DNA from: Octopus bimaculoides
Lineage: Eukaryota
Length of the DNA: 64,000 nucleotides
Assembly: GCF_001194135.2 (NCBI RefSeq)
Contig: NC_068991.1
Span: forward strand, 22,356,546-22,420,545
Direction of reading: 5' to 3'
Below are positions 39,377 to 54,300 of the stretch, piece by piece. The notes under the pieces are model-generated. The model did not search any database and was not told the origin of the DNA. It saw only the letters and a list, made by a program, of their open reading frames with translations. Numbering within the stretch: the stretch's first letter is position 1; each line of letters starts with the position of its first letter. The position numbers were made by a program, and so were the translations under genes.

Positions 39377-41755
39377 TAATTTTGCTTTAGTTTATATAAG
39401 CTACACTCATGTCTCAGTTGGAGATTTCTATTAAATAAGAATCAGTTGAACACTGGAGTCGATTGTAATCAACTACCCTGCTTCCCTAAAATTTCAGGCC
39501 ATGTGCCTATTGTGGAAAGGATACTGGCAAAATCATTAGCTTGCCAGATGAAATGTTTAGTAGCATTTTGACAGTCTTCATGTTCTGAGTTCAAATTCCA
39601 CCAAGGCTGACTTTACCTTTCATCCGTTCAGGGTCAATAAAATAAGTACCAGTCGAGCACTGAAGTTAATATTAATCACATAGCTCCCTCCCTGCAAATT
39701 TCAGACCTTGTGTCTATTGTAGAAATAACTATTATCATAGCTGTTATTGTTGTTGTTGTCATCATCATCATCATCATCGTCATCATCTTGGAGTAGTATT
39801 AACAGTGTATCAGCAGACTAAATCTCTAATAGTGTTTAGTCTGTTCTGTCATCCAAATACCATGGAGTTTGTTTTCGCCTTTCATCTCTCCAGGATCAAT
39901 AAAAGGAATCCCTGGCATGCGATAAGGTCAATTTGAATCGATTGCACCCATCTCTACAAATTCGTGGTTTTCTGCTGATATAAAAACATCAGAGGAAAAC
40001 TATTATAATAATTGCTATTGTCGTTGTTGTTGTTGTTCATTATTATTACAAGGTGACGGAGCGTTATATTTTAAGCTTCCATCCTAGTTCACAGTAGATT
40101 CCTTTCCATATCAGCCACTCTACTTCATACCAGCGACCACACACCATCCTCATCCAAACCATTATGTTTTCCACACCATCAACACACACACTCACATACA
40201 CTGCTACTTCTACACCACCATCCATTCCACATAATACCAAACATCTCCTCTCTACTCCATTTCTATTGCCTTCCCCTCCACCTTTCATACTTCCAGTTCT
40301 CCTCCTCTAGCATATCTGCAGCTAATAATGACAGGTCAATTACCATCAGCTTTACAGTCAGCTAGCCTTCTCTCCTCCTTCAGCAAGAACCTCAGCTAAT
40401 TTTCAAGAACAGTCTTGTTTCCAGCTGTGGAATGATGTTAGTAGCAGCAAAGACTGGAGTAGGTCAGCAAAAACAAAGAAAAAGGATAACACTAAAAGAA
40501 GCTGTGTCCAAATACCTGCTACCACCACCACTACCACTACCACCTTCACTGTTATTATTTACCATTAGCCATCCCTCAACACCTTCATCACTAACACCAT
40601 CACTCAACTTCTAGGATCTTCACCACCAGTATCGATGACTATTACTGAACCACTGCCACTATTCAATGAGCAATACTTCTACCACCTGACCACCACTACC
40701 AATAACATCAAGAGGTTGCCTCTACATGGACACTCGACCTGCTAGAAATAGCAGTCAAATTCTCTCAAATTACACACAAGAAGAAGAAAATTACACTAAG
40801 AAAAAGAAAAAGGAGGACAATATGTTCTCCATTTTTGTAAAACTCTCCAAATTTAGTTACAGTGGGATGGTCGTGGTTGAAATGCTTTTGATCATAGGTG
40901 GTCTGCTCAAGCAGGACTGACCTAGGGCTAAACAATAAGGATAACAGTAACACTACTACCATTCAATAACCAGCCCTTCCATTACCTTACCATCAACATC
41001 AACAACAACAACGCTAACCTTAGGCAAACAACAAATATTAGCACCACCACCATCATCACTTCCCTCTCCACCATTTAATGACCTACACCCACCCACAAAC
41101 TCAGCATCATTAGAATGAACTTGTTGACCTTTATATTATTCAACTTAACATCATAACATTGAAAATGTTATCCTATTAAAAACGTCTGGTAACAATGAGT
41201 CTCGGGTGCTTATATATTAAAGAATATGGAATAGAAATTGACTGAAAATGAATTAAAACTTTCCAGTAAACTTTTAAATGCTGTGACATTTTATTGTTCA
41301 AACTTCTTTTTATTCCTTTACTTAATTAATTTTTAATTAATTTATTTTTTCCAGTGAGGTTATTTTATTGCTTCTTGTACTACTGTTTGTTCAGCTATAT
41401 AAACTCCAGTACTTGACTGCTATTTTATTTGTCACCTCTTTCCATCCCTGGAAAGATGAAAGACAAAGTTGACTTTGATGAAGTTTGAACACATATCCTA
41501 AAGTGACATGACTAAATACCACAAGACATTTTGTACAACACTATAAATCCACTTACACACCAACCTCAAAATATAAAAATAACAATAATCCTTTCTTTTA
41601 TTTTTCCCCCTGGGCTTATTCATATATACAATAACATGTTATAAGAAGGGTGACATAGATGTGTAGGAAAGATAAAAGAATACAAATAAAACACAAAACC
41701 ACTCTTGATCCCATCAACTTCTGCTTCTATGTATACTTCATCCATTACTTATATA

Positions 41756-41971
41756 TGAGGGGGTGCTGAAAAATTCCTGGCTTTAAGGGTATTGTGAAAG
41801 GTGTGGTTGAAGGTCCAACTTTCCGAATTCTTTTACAGGGATTAGAAAAACTGAAGGACCACTGCAATAAGTGTATGAATCTGAGAGGGGAATATGTTGA
41901 ATAAAATCATAATTAACTGATCCTCCTTATTTTCTTTTACCCAAAGCCAGGAACTTTTCAGCACCTCCTCG
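41756..41971 (+). mobile_element. mariner deletion derivative (MITE)
   Basis: 29-bp TIRs, 26/29 identical, TA-flanked. The interior encodes the mariner C-terminus GLEKLKDHCNKCMNLRGEYVE*. Confidence 0.88.
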
Positions 41972-43449
41972 TACACACATGTATATACGTACATGTGTGT
42001 GTGTGTGTGTATGATGAGCTTTTTCAATCAGTGACATTTTTATTAAATAAGTACCAGTTGAGCACTGGAGTCGATTGTAATCCATCTACCAAGTCAATTA
42101 ATGAGGCTTTGGTCAACCCAGGTTTGTAGTAGAAGAAACTCACTCAAGGCGTCATGTAGCGGGATTGAACCAGAAACCCATTTATTGGAAAGTAACCTTC
42201 TTAACCACAGATCCATGCCTGCACCTGAATACAGAAAAAAAGAAAAGAAAATGATCTCAAATTACACTCACGTATCAATATTATTATTGATGTATAGTAA
42301 TATATATTGTCTTCAAGATTGTTTAAATCAGTGGTTCTCAATCTGTTTGACTTTGTGATACACTGAAAACTGAATATAAAAATAGTTTCTCTCTGCATGG
42401 AGAGCTTTAAAAGAAACTATTTTATTGTTAAGCATAAGAAAAGCTTTTGTTTATCTTGTTTTGTTAATCAGAGGTGCAAGTATAGTTGTGTGATTTAAGA
42501 AGTTCAGCTGTAGAAACTCTGCCAAATCAGATTGGAGCCTGGTGTGGCCTTCTGGTTCACCAGTCCTCAGACAAATCGTCCAACCCATGCTAGCATGGAA
42601 AGCAGACATTAAATGATGATGATGACTTCCCAGTCGTATGATTTCTAGTTCAATCCCACTGCGTTTTCTACTGTAGCCCCAGAAGTCCATTGTATATACA
42701 ACAGATATAAACGAGGATAACTTGCCATATAAGCAATGTCCCTTGATTCCAGTCAACTGTGACAATATGTTTGGTCACGAGGGAATATTACTGTGCCTGA
42801 AAATAGGTGAGGGTTAGTGACAGGAAAGAGCATCCAGCTGTAGAAATTTTGCCTTGATAAATCCCATCTGACCTATGCAAGCATAGTGAAATAGAAGTGG
42901 TGGCAGCAGTAGTAATAATAATGATTTGAATACAACAAACTTATGATAATATATTTTTCAAAATGCTGGAGCTCTAGTTTGGACTTCCCTAAAGCCTTAA
43001 ATTGTATTTTGAAACACCGACAATGGCTCTAAGTACCCCTTTGTAACACACACCAGTGTACAATGGCACGCTCTTTGAAAGCCACTGGTTTTAGTGAATG
43101 AAGCAATGCAATAAAATATTAGCTATTATGCACACATACACAAGAGGGAAGACACTTTTTTCAGTTTCATGTGAATGTGTTAGAAAGAAGTGAAATGTTT
43201 ATTAATCTGATTGCCTTATCTATGAATTCCAAAAGTACAAATATTCCTCAGCATCATTAGAATCAAACTCAAATGTATCCAATACTGAGCGATGCATTCT
43301 GCATTATTTTCTGTCATGTTGAAATATTTATGAATTTACTGAAAGAACATGGAAAGTTGTTATGTTAAACAGCTTGCTCAAAGTTTTCAAGATTTCCTAA
43401 AAGAAAGTGGCATTGATGTAAAATGATTTTGTTGTATTGAAAGTTATTA

Positions 43450-43485
<36 letters not shown>

Positions 43486-43490
<5 letters not shown>

Positions 43491-44276
43491 TAGTTTTATT
43501 TTTATAACGTGCTTTCACTTCAATACCGAGCGCAGCTCTGTGTGCCTTGGGTATGTGCCGTGGTTTGCTGTGATGCTCTTATGGTTACTGTATTGAAAGT
43601 GTTTTGCGTAGGATGTGTGCAGTGCCCAGTAGTGCAATTTTCTGTATGTTATATATATTTGTTAGTCCTGGTGTTTTTGTTATGTATTTGTCTGAATATT
43701 TTTTTATCATACCTAATGCGCCCACTATGATAGGAATTGTTTCTGTTTTTAGACTCCACATTCAAGTTACCTCTGTTTCCAGGTTTTTGTATTTTGAAAG
43801 TTTATCCATTTCTTTTAGAGAAACGTCATCTGTTGGTATTGATACATCAATTGGAAAGCATTTTTTTTCCTTCATGATCATTGACATGGCCTTAATTTCT
43901 CTATCTGTGTGTATTGGCATACCCCATAAAATTGTTGCTTTCTTATTTTCTGTGACCTTTTCTGGCATGTGTTTGTACCATCTTTTTTTCTGTTGTTATT
44001 CCATAGTGTTGGCATAGCTTCCAGTGTATGTAGGTCCCAACTCTGTGTCTGCAAATATATTCCTTCTTAGGCAGGACTGGGCAGCCAGAGACAGTATGAT
44101 TTATTGTTTCTTGTCCATCTCCACACATTCTGCAGTTACTTGTTATGTTTCTTTTCATTATATGTTTTTGGTAATTTCTGATGGGGAGGCTTTGGTCTTG
44201 TGCTGCAATTAAAAATTCTTCAGTCTCTGCTTTGAGTCCTGAGCTTCTCAGCTATTGCAGGGATTTTGCTTTGTCT
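43486..44276 (-). mobile_element. R4/Dong-like (restriction-like endonuclease) non-LTR retrotransposon, 5'-truncated
   Basis: CCHC knuckle CRMCGDGQETINHTVSGC and RLE region ILWGMPIHTDREIKA..CFPIDVSIP..KLSKYKNLE; (AAT)n tail; (TTA)n tracts on both flanks. Confidence 0.9.
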
Positions 44277-44337
44277 ATTATTATTATTATTATTATTATT
44301 ATCATCATCATCATCATTACTACTACTACTACAGTAA

Positions 44338-45015
44338 AGAAGACAGTGAGTTGGCAGAACTAATAGCATGCCAGGCAAAATGCTTAGCAGCATTTCATCC
44401 ATCTTTATGTTCAAATTCCACCGAGGTCGACTTTGGGTTTCATTCTTTCAGGGTCAATAACAGTAGCAGTTGAGCACTGGGGTCAATGTAATCAACTTAC
44501 CCCCTCTCCAGAATTGCTAGCTTTATGCCAAAACTTGAAACCATTATTACTAGAGTAAAGGCAGCAAACTAGCAGAATCATTAGTATGCTGGACAAAATG
44601 CTTAACAGCACTTCGTCTGTCTTTACTGTCTGATTTCAAAGTCTGCCAAAGTCAACTTTACCTTTCGTCCTTTCAGGGTTGATAAAATAAGTACCAGTTG
44701 AGCACTGGGATTGATATAAATGACTATCCCCTTCCTCCAAATTTCAGGCCTTGTGCCTATAATAGAAAGGATTATCATTATTATTATTACTAAGGTAGCA
44801 ACCTGGCACAATTGTTAGCATGCCAGGCAAAATGCTTAGCGGTATTTTGTCTATCTTCACATTCTAAGTTCAAATTCCACCGAGGTTGACTTTGCCTTTC
44901 ATCCTTTCAGGGTCAATAAATTAAGTACCATTGAAACACTGGGGTCAATGTAATCAACTTGTCCCCTCACCCAAAATTTCAGGCCTTGTGCCTATAGTAG
45001 AAAGAATTATTATTA
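44338..45015 (+). mobile_element. three head-to-tail copies of SINE family B; others at 10461-10666, 11230-11435, 11627-11850, 32647-32868, 39520-39730, 4120-4352(-) and 48850-49055(-)
   Basis: Heads at about 44339, 44557 and 44791 with the same core and (TTA)n tails. Confidence 0.85.
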
Positions 45016-45639
45016 TTGTTACTATAGTGTTACCTGTCATACGATATGTAACTTTGGAAGTATACTTTTGCTGTCATAGGTAATTTGATAAAAGTTGAAC
45101 TATAATTATTTTATCAATGCCATATTTTTTGATGTTACCCATAGTGGCAAAAGTGTATTAATATTATTATAGAAATTGCAATAATATATTAATTTGGTTT
45201 AATATAAATTCTTAAGTTTGCAAATATCCTGGTGATTAATATAGAAATCTTTGCTAACAAGCAGGTTACTTGAAACAATGAAAACAACACTGGAATTTTA
45301 GACCCATGTAAACAGAAACATTGTCATGGACACATGCATATATAAAAATGACAGGCTTCAGCACGGTTTTCATTTACCAAATTCTACTCATAAGACATTG
45401 AAGCTGAAGTTGTGGTGGAATGTGCCATGCAGTGGGGGATTGAACCTAGACAACATGGTTAAGAAACAAACATTTTAATAACATAGCCAAGCTTATGCTT
45501 ATATTATTGTTCTTGAATTAGAAGATTTGGAAGAAAGCCTGGGAAAATACCAAGATTTTATTTCTGAGAACTAATCTTCCTCCTCATGTTGGCACAAAAA
45601 ATGATTCTGTGGAGCTGCAGGTTTATTATTTGATATCAG

Positions 45640-45830
45640 ACAACCACCTGGAATTTTGTTTTCCAATGTAGAAATTGCCTCACATATCTATTTGGCTTAA
45701 ATGCTTATAAATTGTAATGAAGAACAGTAATTTTCAAAGATGAAAACAAAGAACTATTATTGATCTAAGCAGATTGAACAGTTTCTTCAGTATAAAGAGA
45801 GAACATGAACTTCTAAGGCGGAAAGAGATA
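45640..45830 (+). mobile_element. hAT C-terminal dimerisation-domain remnant
   Basis: Reads FSNVEIASHIYLA*MLINCNEEQ*FSKMK, resembling the hAT consensus FPNVEIALRIYL..NCSGERSFSKLK. Confidence 0.55.
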
Positions 45831-45993
45831 TTTTTAGTTATAAAACAGATTTTCTCATGCCAACTAATGAAATATAATGTTACTGAGGAGGTGTCAAGTT
45901 TGAGCAAATGTTTTCATTGTTAAAGTTTTCATATTAAATAATCATTCTAAATATACAATAAAAAAATGAGTGCATATATATGTACACACACAT

Positions 45994-46090
<97 letters not shown>

Positions 46091-49000
46091 CGTACATACG
46101 CACAACTACACGCACATACACACATGCACACACACACTTCAAACTGCCAGTCAAACACCTTTGTACTGACCATTCCCCTACGCAAATGTGGAGAAACACT
46201 ACACAAAAGACAGCCACTCCTACTACTAAATTCTTCCTACAACAGTAAGCAACACAAGTTCACTCACACATACACAGCCAAAACCACACACACACACACA
46301 CATAAACACACATATGCACACACACGTGCTATTACACACACACACAGATCTGCAGCATGCACATATCCACACATACTTCCTCTTACACTCTCCTGTGTTA
46401 GAAAGAACTTTTTCTTTACCCATTTCCTTCCAGTCATTTCAAAATGTAACCACATGTGAATCGTTGGTGATTTTTTCCACCGTCTTCCCTTCTATTGAAC
46501 TTTCCTCTGTTTCCGAAGAAGAGCATCTGCTCAAAACGTTAAACCATTTTTCTGTCCACTCCTGAGCGTCTGCTAATACACTACATGTACCATGTCCTCA
46601 CATTGTTCTTTTCTTGTGTCTGTTCGTTTATATATATATATATATATATATATAGATGCACACAAACATACACACATCATTATCAACTTCTTTCTTATGT
46701 CCACTTTCCCATACTCACACGGGTTGGATGAAATTTGTTAAGGCAAATTTTCTACAACTGGATACCCTTCCTGTCACTAACCCTCATTTGTTTCCATGTT
46801 AGATAATATTTCCCCGTAACCAGATGTCACAGAAGATTGGAAATGAAGGACATCACTTGCATGACAGTGACATCTGTTTATAACTATCACATGATGTCAA
46901 GGCAAGGAGACAGTAACAGACACACACACTTATATATATATACACACACACACATACAATGGGCTTCTTTCAACTTCTATCTATGAAATCCATTCATAAG
47001 GCTTTGGTAGGCTTGAGGCTATAGTAAAAAGCACTTGCCCAAAAAGTGCAGTCCAGAGCCATGTGGTTGGGAAGCAAAACGCATACCACACAGCTACACC
47101 TGCACCCCTCTCTTTCTCTATATAAATATATATATACATACATACTTTTATATAAATATATATCGTCAGTGGATCTATATCCAAAAAAGAAGCACACCCT
47201 AAAGGATAAAGCAGTAAGGTATTTACATGCAGTTAAATATATGTCTAATCATAGAGTGACCGATGGTTTCACATCCATGGATGCAAAACCATTAGTCACT
47301 CTTTGACCTGACATATATTTAACTGCATATAAATATTTATATATATATATATACATACATATTAGAGGAAAAATCAAAACCATGGCAAAACGAACTTCTA
47401 AAGTCATTTAGAATAATTTAATTAGGGTAAGGTGAATACTTGAAGTCTTACAACTGTTTCTGGGATAAACCAAGTTGGTTAGCATGTCTATGCATTGGGT
47501 ATTCCGTCATCAGAGACAAGGTATGAATATTTTAGACGGGGAAAATTTACAGTTTACACGTAAAAAACACCATTCAAGTGTGGTCATTGCCAGTACCATC
47601 AGACTGGCTCCTGTGCAAATGGCATGTAAAAAGCACCATTTGAGCATGGTTGAATCCAGTACCACCTGACGAGCCTTTGAGCTGGTGACACGTAAAAGCA
47701 CCTACTACACCCTTGGAGTGGTTGGCGTTAGGAAGGGCATCCAGCTGTAGAAACTTTGCCAGATCAGATTGGAGCCTGGTGCAGCCTTCTGGCTCACCAG
47801 CCCTCAGTCAAACCGTCCAACCCATGCCAGCATGTAAAGCAGATGTTAAACAATGACGATGATGATGATGATGATGATGATGAAGGAATAAAATTCACAG
47901 ATTATAAAGAATAAAATAGAATAGATTACTAAAATAGAAGAATAAAGAGTAAAAGTAGTTAGAAGAATACAGGCAGGAGAATAATGTTCACAACTCATCT
48001 TTTTCCAGAGGATATGGATGTTGGTTGGTACTGCCATAAAGTGCCAACCAACAGATCTAGAATTACATTATCTAAAGCATTCCTTCCTTGTTGAAGACAG
48101 AGGTTATGATTGAAGGGAAATTACATTGGTATTTCTAACAAGTTAAATGACCACATTGAGACTCCTATTTCTGGCTCATAGTAAAAAGGGTAAAGACCCC
48201 CTTCGATCAAGAATGACCATGGAATTGTACCGAGAAAGTTATCCTCAGAGGCACAAGTCCAGGCAAGGTTGTTTATGGAAGACCAGCCGTCACCTATGCA
48301 TACCAGCCTCCCCTCTCCATGCCACCAATGTTATCCAAGGGAAAGGCAAAGGCCAATACAGCTTGGCACCTGTGATGTCACAACTCATTCCTACAGCTGA
48401 ATGAACTGGAGCAACGTGAAATAAAGGGTCTTACTCTAGAACACAACACACAGCCCAGTCCAGGAATCGAACTCACTATCTTGTGAGCCTGGCACTCTAA
48501 CCACTGAGTCATGTGCCTTCACATAGTATACAATGGTATTCAGTCTATGCTTGTTAAGAAACTCCTGTTCAGTTGATCAACCTGCTTGACCTAGTACCTC
48601 AATAAAATGACTTTAAAATAGGGAATCATATGCTTTGGAGTTTACTTTTTTTAAATCTGAATTTTAGGAGATTATGCATGATGATTCTTCCACAAATCTG
48701 CATTCCTTTGGGATTTCCTTCTGTTCATATTCCCTGACTTATGTCTTTAGTAAAGGGTTCAAGCTAAACATTAAATATCTAAGCTTCAGTTTCCTTCATG
48801 ACTTAGTGTAGCAAGGCCTTAATACACAATTAGCTTATCAGCAATTGCTTCTAATTTAGGCACAAGGCCAGATGAAGGGAGAGGTTAGGCAATATCATCG
48901 ACCCCAATACATGACTGGTGCTTTATTTTATCAATCCTGAAAGGATGAAAAGCAAAGTTGACATCAGCAAAATTTGAACTTAGCACACTAAGTCTGGAAG

Positions 49001-49779
49001 AAGTACTATAAAGAATTTTGTCTAATGCTCTTATGGTTCTACCAATTCACCACCCAGACTTGATACAAAGAGTACGCACACACACAGGGCTTACACATAA
49101 AACACACACACATACACACAACACGCGCAAACACAAACGCACTATAAGGCAACAGAATAAGCCTCTATGCAGTTGTTCGACTTGTTAAGTAGAAATAGCA
49201 GCCAAATTCTCCTTCATTTCACAGCCTACCGTTAAAAATAAATAAAGAATGCATTGTATATGATAAGTATAGCGGGGAAAAAGGGCGAAGGTGTTATGGC
49301 TGTAATTCCTTCGATCACAGGTCTTCTTGGTAAATGTTGCCATGGGCTAAACATGACTTATAGAGTGAGGTAGGGAACTCTACGAGATGTCACTCTACCT
49401 ACTAAAAATATCAGCTAAATCTCCCTCAAATTACATTTCTGGAAAAGGGATGGAACAGAATTTATAATGTACCGTATTATGCAAGAAATTTTATACGAGA
49501 TAGCAGGGCAAAAACTGTAGAGAAAGAAGCGCTCATTATATTCGAATGTAAACAAGATTAATGGATAAAACATATATTACTGATCTTTAGGAACAAAGAA
49601 GGTGATCGCATTTAAGCAGAGATCGAGTAAATGTCGTAGTTCTAGATAGCCAATACCGGGCAGAAACAAGGGGTAGCCATGACTGGAGCGCCTTTCATTA
49701 TTGGTCTACGTAATAATGACTCACTCGGGTCTAAACAACAACAGACTACCAACATCCAGCTAACCAAATATCCGTTCCT

Positions 49780-50330
49780 ATCATATAACCATTAACATCC
49801 CAATTTTTATAACAAACACACATACTGGAGAGCAGACACCTTATGAAATGGAGTAATTGGAGAGTGGGGTATGCCGTACCTGGACTCGACAATTTCCTGG
49901 AATCTTGGAAAATGTTTGCAAAAATTGAATTCAAGCATTCACAGAAGGGAGCTTAACTGAAAGAAACTTTGGATCTTCTAATAAAATTCTTGTCAGATGC
50001 CCTAGAAGAGCAAGCATTTGCCTATTAAACACACCCATTCCAGCTAACTTTCCAACTGAGAAGCGCTATACACACATACATCGGAAGGTGGACTCAAACA
50101 AGTTTATACCTCACATCTTCTTGGCTGATATACTACCTCCAGCTTCAACCCATTTGCACTGGCCTTTCTTCCGCATGTCACTCCCACGATGTTTAAATCC
50201 TCGCTCCTTAAACCGTTTATTAAAAAAAATATATATCATTCAGACTTTCCTTTCTAGAACCGATTCACTTTGGAATTTGTTGGTTCACTTTGCCTCACCC
50301 CCTAACACACACACTTCCTCGCCATTAAAA
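49780..50330 (+). mobile_element. old CR1/Jockey-group LINE C-terminal remnant
   Basis: HRKVDS..LADILPP..SLPRC..TFLSRTDSLWNLL resembles the post-RT consensus HRR.VA..LA.IIPP..LP.CRT..SF..RT..LWNSL. Confidence 0.5.
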
Positions 50331-50854
50331 CTAACCTGAAATAATTCAAAATATTTCCCCATTCAGACGAAGGGAAAGGACTGGAAATGATACGGATACT
50401 GTTCCACTACCATTGCCCACCTCCTCAGAGGAACCATTGAAAAAATGCTTGCCTTTCTTTCAGNNNNNNNNNNNNNNNNNNNNNNNNNNNNNNNNNNNNN
50501 NNNNNNNNNNNNNNNNNNNNNNNNNNNNNNNNNNNNNNNNNNNNNNNNNNNNNNNNNNNNNNNNNNNNNNNNNNNNNNNNNNNNNNNNNNNNNNNNNNNN
50601 NNNNNNNNNNNNNNNNNNNNNNNNNNNNNNNNNNNNNNNNNNNNNNNNNNNNNNNNNNNNNNNNNNNNNNNNNNNNNNNNNNNNNNNNNNNNNNNNNNNN
50701 NNNNNNNNNNNNNNNNNNNNNNNNNNNNNNNNNNNNNNNNNNNNNNNNNNNNNNNNNNNNNNNNNNNNNNNNNNNNNNNNNNNNNNNNNNNNNNNNNNNN
50801 NNNNNNNNNNNNNNNNNNNNNNNNNNNNNNNNNNNNNNNNNNNNNNNNNNNNNN

Positions 50855-50897
<43 letters not shown>

Positions 50898-51248
50898 CAC
50901 ACACAAATACAAACAGAAAGGCCCTTCATTTACATACCTGCACACATTACATGCATTCTCTCAGACAGTTCCTTGTTTCTTTCTCCCTACAGACAACAAA
51001 TAAGCATAGATTTACATATACACATGCACACACACAAACCGATATGAGGAGCTTGACAAAACTCATTCAATGTAATGTATAACCACTTATTAGTGTTATG
51101 ATAGTACTGCGACTGTCGACACTGCTGCTGTTATCTATCACAAGCCGTATATACGTTTGTGTATGGTACTTAATGTATACAGTAGTTTGAAATATACACA
51201 CCATACATGTTACTGAATACAGCAAACAAATAAGTAATTACTTCCCAA

Positions 51249-51379
51249 GCGCGCTTCTTTTCTTGAGAGCAAAAGCAGCTTTGTGTTGTTTACTTCCGGA
51301 AACAGTTCTAGTTTCGTGGAAGCATGACAAGAGATTATTATAAACTACGGAACATCGAAAGTGTAGCTTCGGTGTAAGT
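51249..51379 (+). promoter_or_regulatory. candidate promoter and first exon of an unidentified gene
   Basis: GCGCGC at 51249, TTGTTTACTTCCGGAA (ETS-type CCGGAAGT core with adjacent GTAAACA), locally retained CpGs in non-repeat sequence, ATG at 51324, consensus donor gtaagt at 51374. Confidence 0.5.
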
Positions 51380-54300
51380 TATTTGTGTTTGTGCAGCGGT
51401 AAAGACAAAAAAAAAAGACGATGAAAGAAAAGAAAAAAGGAAGAGATGGTAGTGTGGTGGATTTTTCGAATTTATTTCTTCTTTAGTCTTAGTAGACAGG
51501 AACAGTACCCTTGGACTGCTTATCTCCTGAGAAGGTACTGGAAGGGCTAGTAAAGGTTAGGGAATTTCATAAGTAGAACTGATTGGTACAGGTTGATTCA
51601 TAGTTGATGACAAGGTTTCGAAACGACAATTTTTACGAGAAGAGACATATCTTCAGTAGATGCTACTAATACACTCCTACACTACTTCTATCTATTTCAG
51701 TTTTAACACTGTTGATTAGCACAATATACTGTTATTTAGACATATGGCATGTATTTTTATAGAATGATATTCGAACCTGCTCTTATTTTAATGTCCAACA
51801 CCACTCTTTAGGGTGTGTATTTCATGCACCTCTTGTGTGATATAGTGCAGTGTTGCATAATATTGTACAATGTGCAATGTACAGTATTAAAGATGTTGTG
51901 TAATACATGAGAATCAATGGGTACACCTCCACTAATTTTCGTCTATTTCTTATTTTCCTCAGTATACACATACACACACGCGCATTTAAATCAAAGAAAA
52001 TGTATCTGATTGAAACGATGGTATTACATTTTATTGTCCAACACTTTTTTTTTTCCAATACAACGCTACGTAATTCTGTTAACCTGGAAAAGTGAGACAA
52101 ATTCTCGATCATATGAATTGGATAGTTCTGTAAATTTAGATATTTACAAAAGTAGGAATAGGTATTAAGTTTTGTTTTATTGAAGTATTTTGTGTCTGAG
52201 TATGCATGTATAAGCTTATACATAACACACGCACACACAAACACATACACACACACACACATACATACATACATAGATATATGCATGCGTGTTAACTGCA
52301 GGAACAAAAATAGAATATTCAGTACATTAGTGTGTGCGCGTGCGCGCGTGTAATACAGTTCAAAAATTATATCCATTGTAACTGAGTTTCGTGCCTTATT
52401 AAATAATTCATTAAGCAACATCAGACAAATAATTAACTTAACTAACATATCTTGAAATATTCATGACATACAAAGCATCCCTTCAGGTGTGCTGAGAAGA
52501 AAGTGTTATAAGGAGTAGAACTCATAACATGGGCTGTTTATCTTTGGGTAGAAAAATTGAAAGATATGAAAATAGTAGCGGTTAAATATGGGAGTTGTAA
52601 AAAAAAAAAAAAAAAAAAAGACTAACAAACGTGAATTGAGTTCAGGAATGGTGTAGGGATCCAGTAGAGTTGAAATTATTTCAGTAATATCAAGTAATTA
52701 AGTATATATGCCCGCATACGTATATATATATTACACACATACCATATATGCTGACGTTATTAAATCCAATGCATATAGAAGGTTTACGGATATCAAATCA
52801 AAATAGTAAAATTTCGTTTAGCTATGTAGAAAGAAAAAGGAATAAATTGAAAAATGTGTGTATGCTTAGTTTTAGTACCATTTAGTCAGATAATGACTAT
52901 GAATTCCAGTTTTCTCGGTAAATGCTTGCCAAAGTGGCGGCATTTTGTAAATATCTCATATCTTGTGTTCAGGTAATTAGCAGCATGATTACGTTTTTTA
53001 AGTATTAGGCTCTTTTCATACATCACATCTTTGTATATTTATATATCGTATATTTTATTCTCGTTCTTAATATGGTCTTATAGAAGATTGAAATTAGTAG
53101 CATGCTCTTTCAGGTGCGAAATGTAATTCATCAATTACTGTTATATTCCTTTTTCATGTCAGAAGCAAGAAAAAAAAAAGATACGATTAAAGTATCATTG
53201 TTTAAATTTATTTTGTCATATTCATGTAGTGTTTATGAACCATATCAATGCTCAGTGTAATGGAGATGGCTTCTGCTTCAGCATTATATGGCTAATTAAG
53301 TGGGCATGTATTAGTTTTCCGTATGAACAGTTAACTTCAGTTAATTTTGAAGACTTATAAGTTATTAGATTGTTTATATTGATAGTACTTATAAATTATT
53401 AGATTGTTTATATTGATAGTACATCTACTCAATTTAAGATTGTTCCCATTAATAATTTTGTGTATTTATGGTTAACAAAGTAATGCTTATCAATCATGGC
53501 TAAAGTGCTCTTAGCAATATAAAATTTAAGTTTAACGAAAAAGGAGGTATAAATCAAAGGATCTAATAGCGTCCCTTCTTAATTTGGGATTGTGGAGGTT
53601 TGGAGTGTAAAAAAATTTTGTCTGAGTCCACTAGATTTTAGTGCTTTGATATAGCAAGTGATTGTCTTGTTGAAGATAGTCTTATTCAATAACATATTAG
53701 ATATTTCCTTTTTCTCCCACCCATTATCCACTATTATTTTCGAATTTCTCAAATTTCGTAAGTGTTGTGCCTCGTAACGTTTCCTTTCCAGCTTGCATCA
53801 ATATTTACATGTACTGGTTAAGGTAATTTGCCTGATAGTTGTGTAAATCACTCTATCATGAAACTCGGAGTTACAATGTATGTTCTATAATAGGCTGTGT
53901 TACCTAAAATAACGTTGAATATGATTGGTAGGTCACTGCAAAATGATGGTCACTATAGCATTGGATGCACGTTCGGTTATAAAGAAGGGTAGCTTTTCAG
54001 ACTTCTCTGAATCTGTCCAACTTAGTTCCGAACTACTGCTACAGAAAACTTCGCCCTCTAAAAACAACCATACCAGATATTGCAATGAAAGCTTCTCTGT
54101 GTGACGTTCGACATACAAGAAGCAGCAGTCAAATCTCCTTCAAATCACACCAAATAGTCTTTAAAAAACGGGATGACATATCGTTTTAGATACTCTGTCT
54201 GGAAAGGAGATGATGGTCACAGTTGGAGCATTTTGATCAGAAGAGTGTTGGAGGAGGATTAACATTAGGTTAAATAAAAATAATTTCGCTATTGTTGTCT

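Noticed and set aside
48590-48790. Minus-strand exon VREYEQKEIPKECRFVEESSCIIS*
   Set aside because: Short, weak acceptor, no homology and no partner exons found.
52910-53122. Exons MLAKVAAFCKYLISCVQ|VRN with faint resemblance to the CTDNEP1/Dullard N-terminus
   Set aside because: Weak acceptor, an in-frame stop just before the ATG, a second frame equally open, and no downstream exon with recognisable phosphatase sequence in the window.
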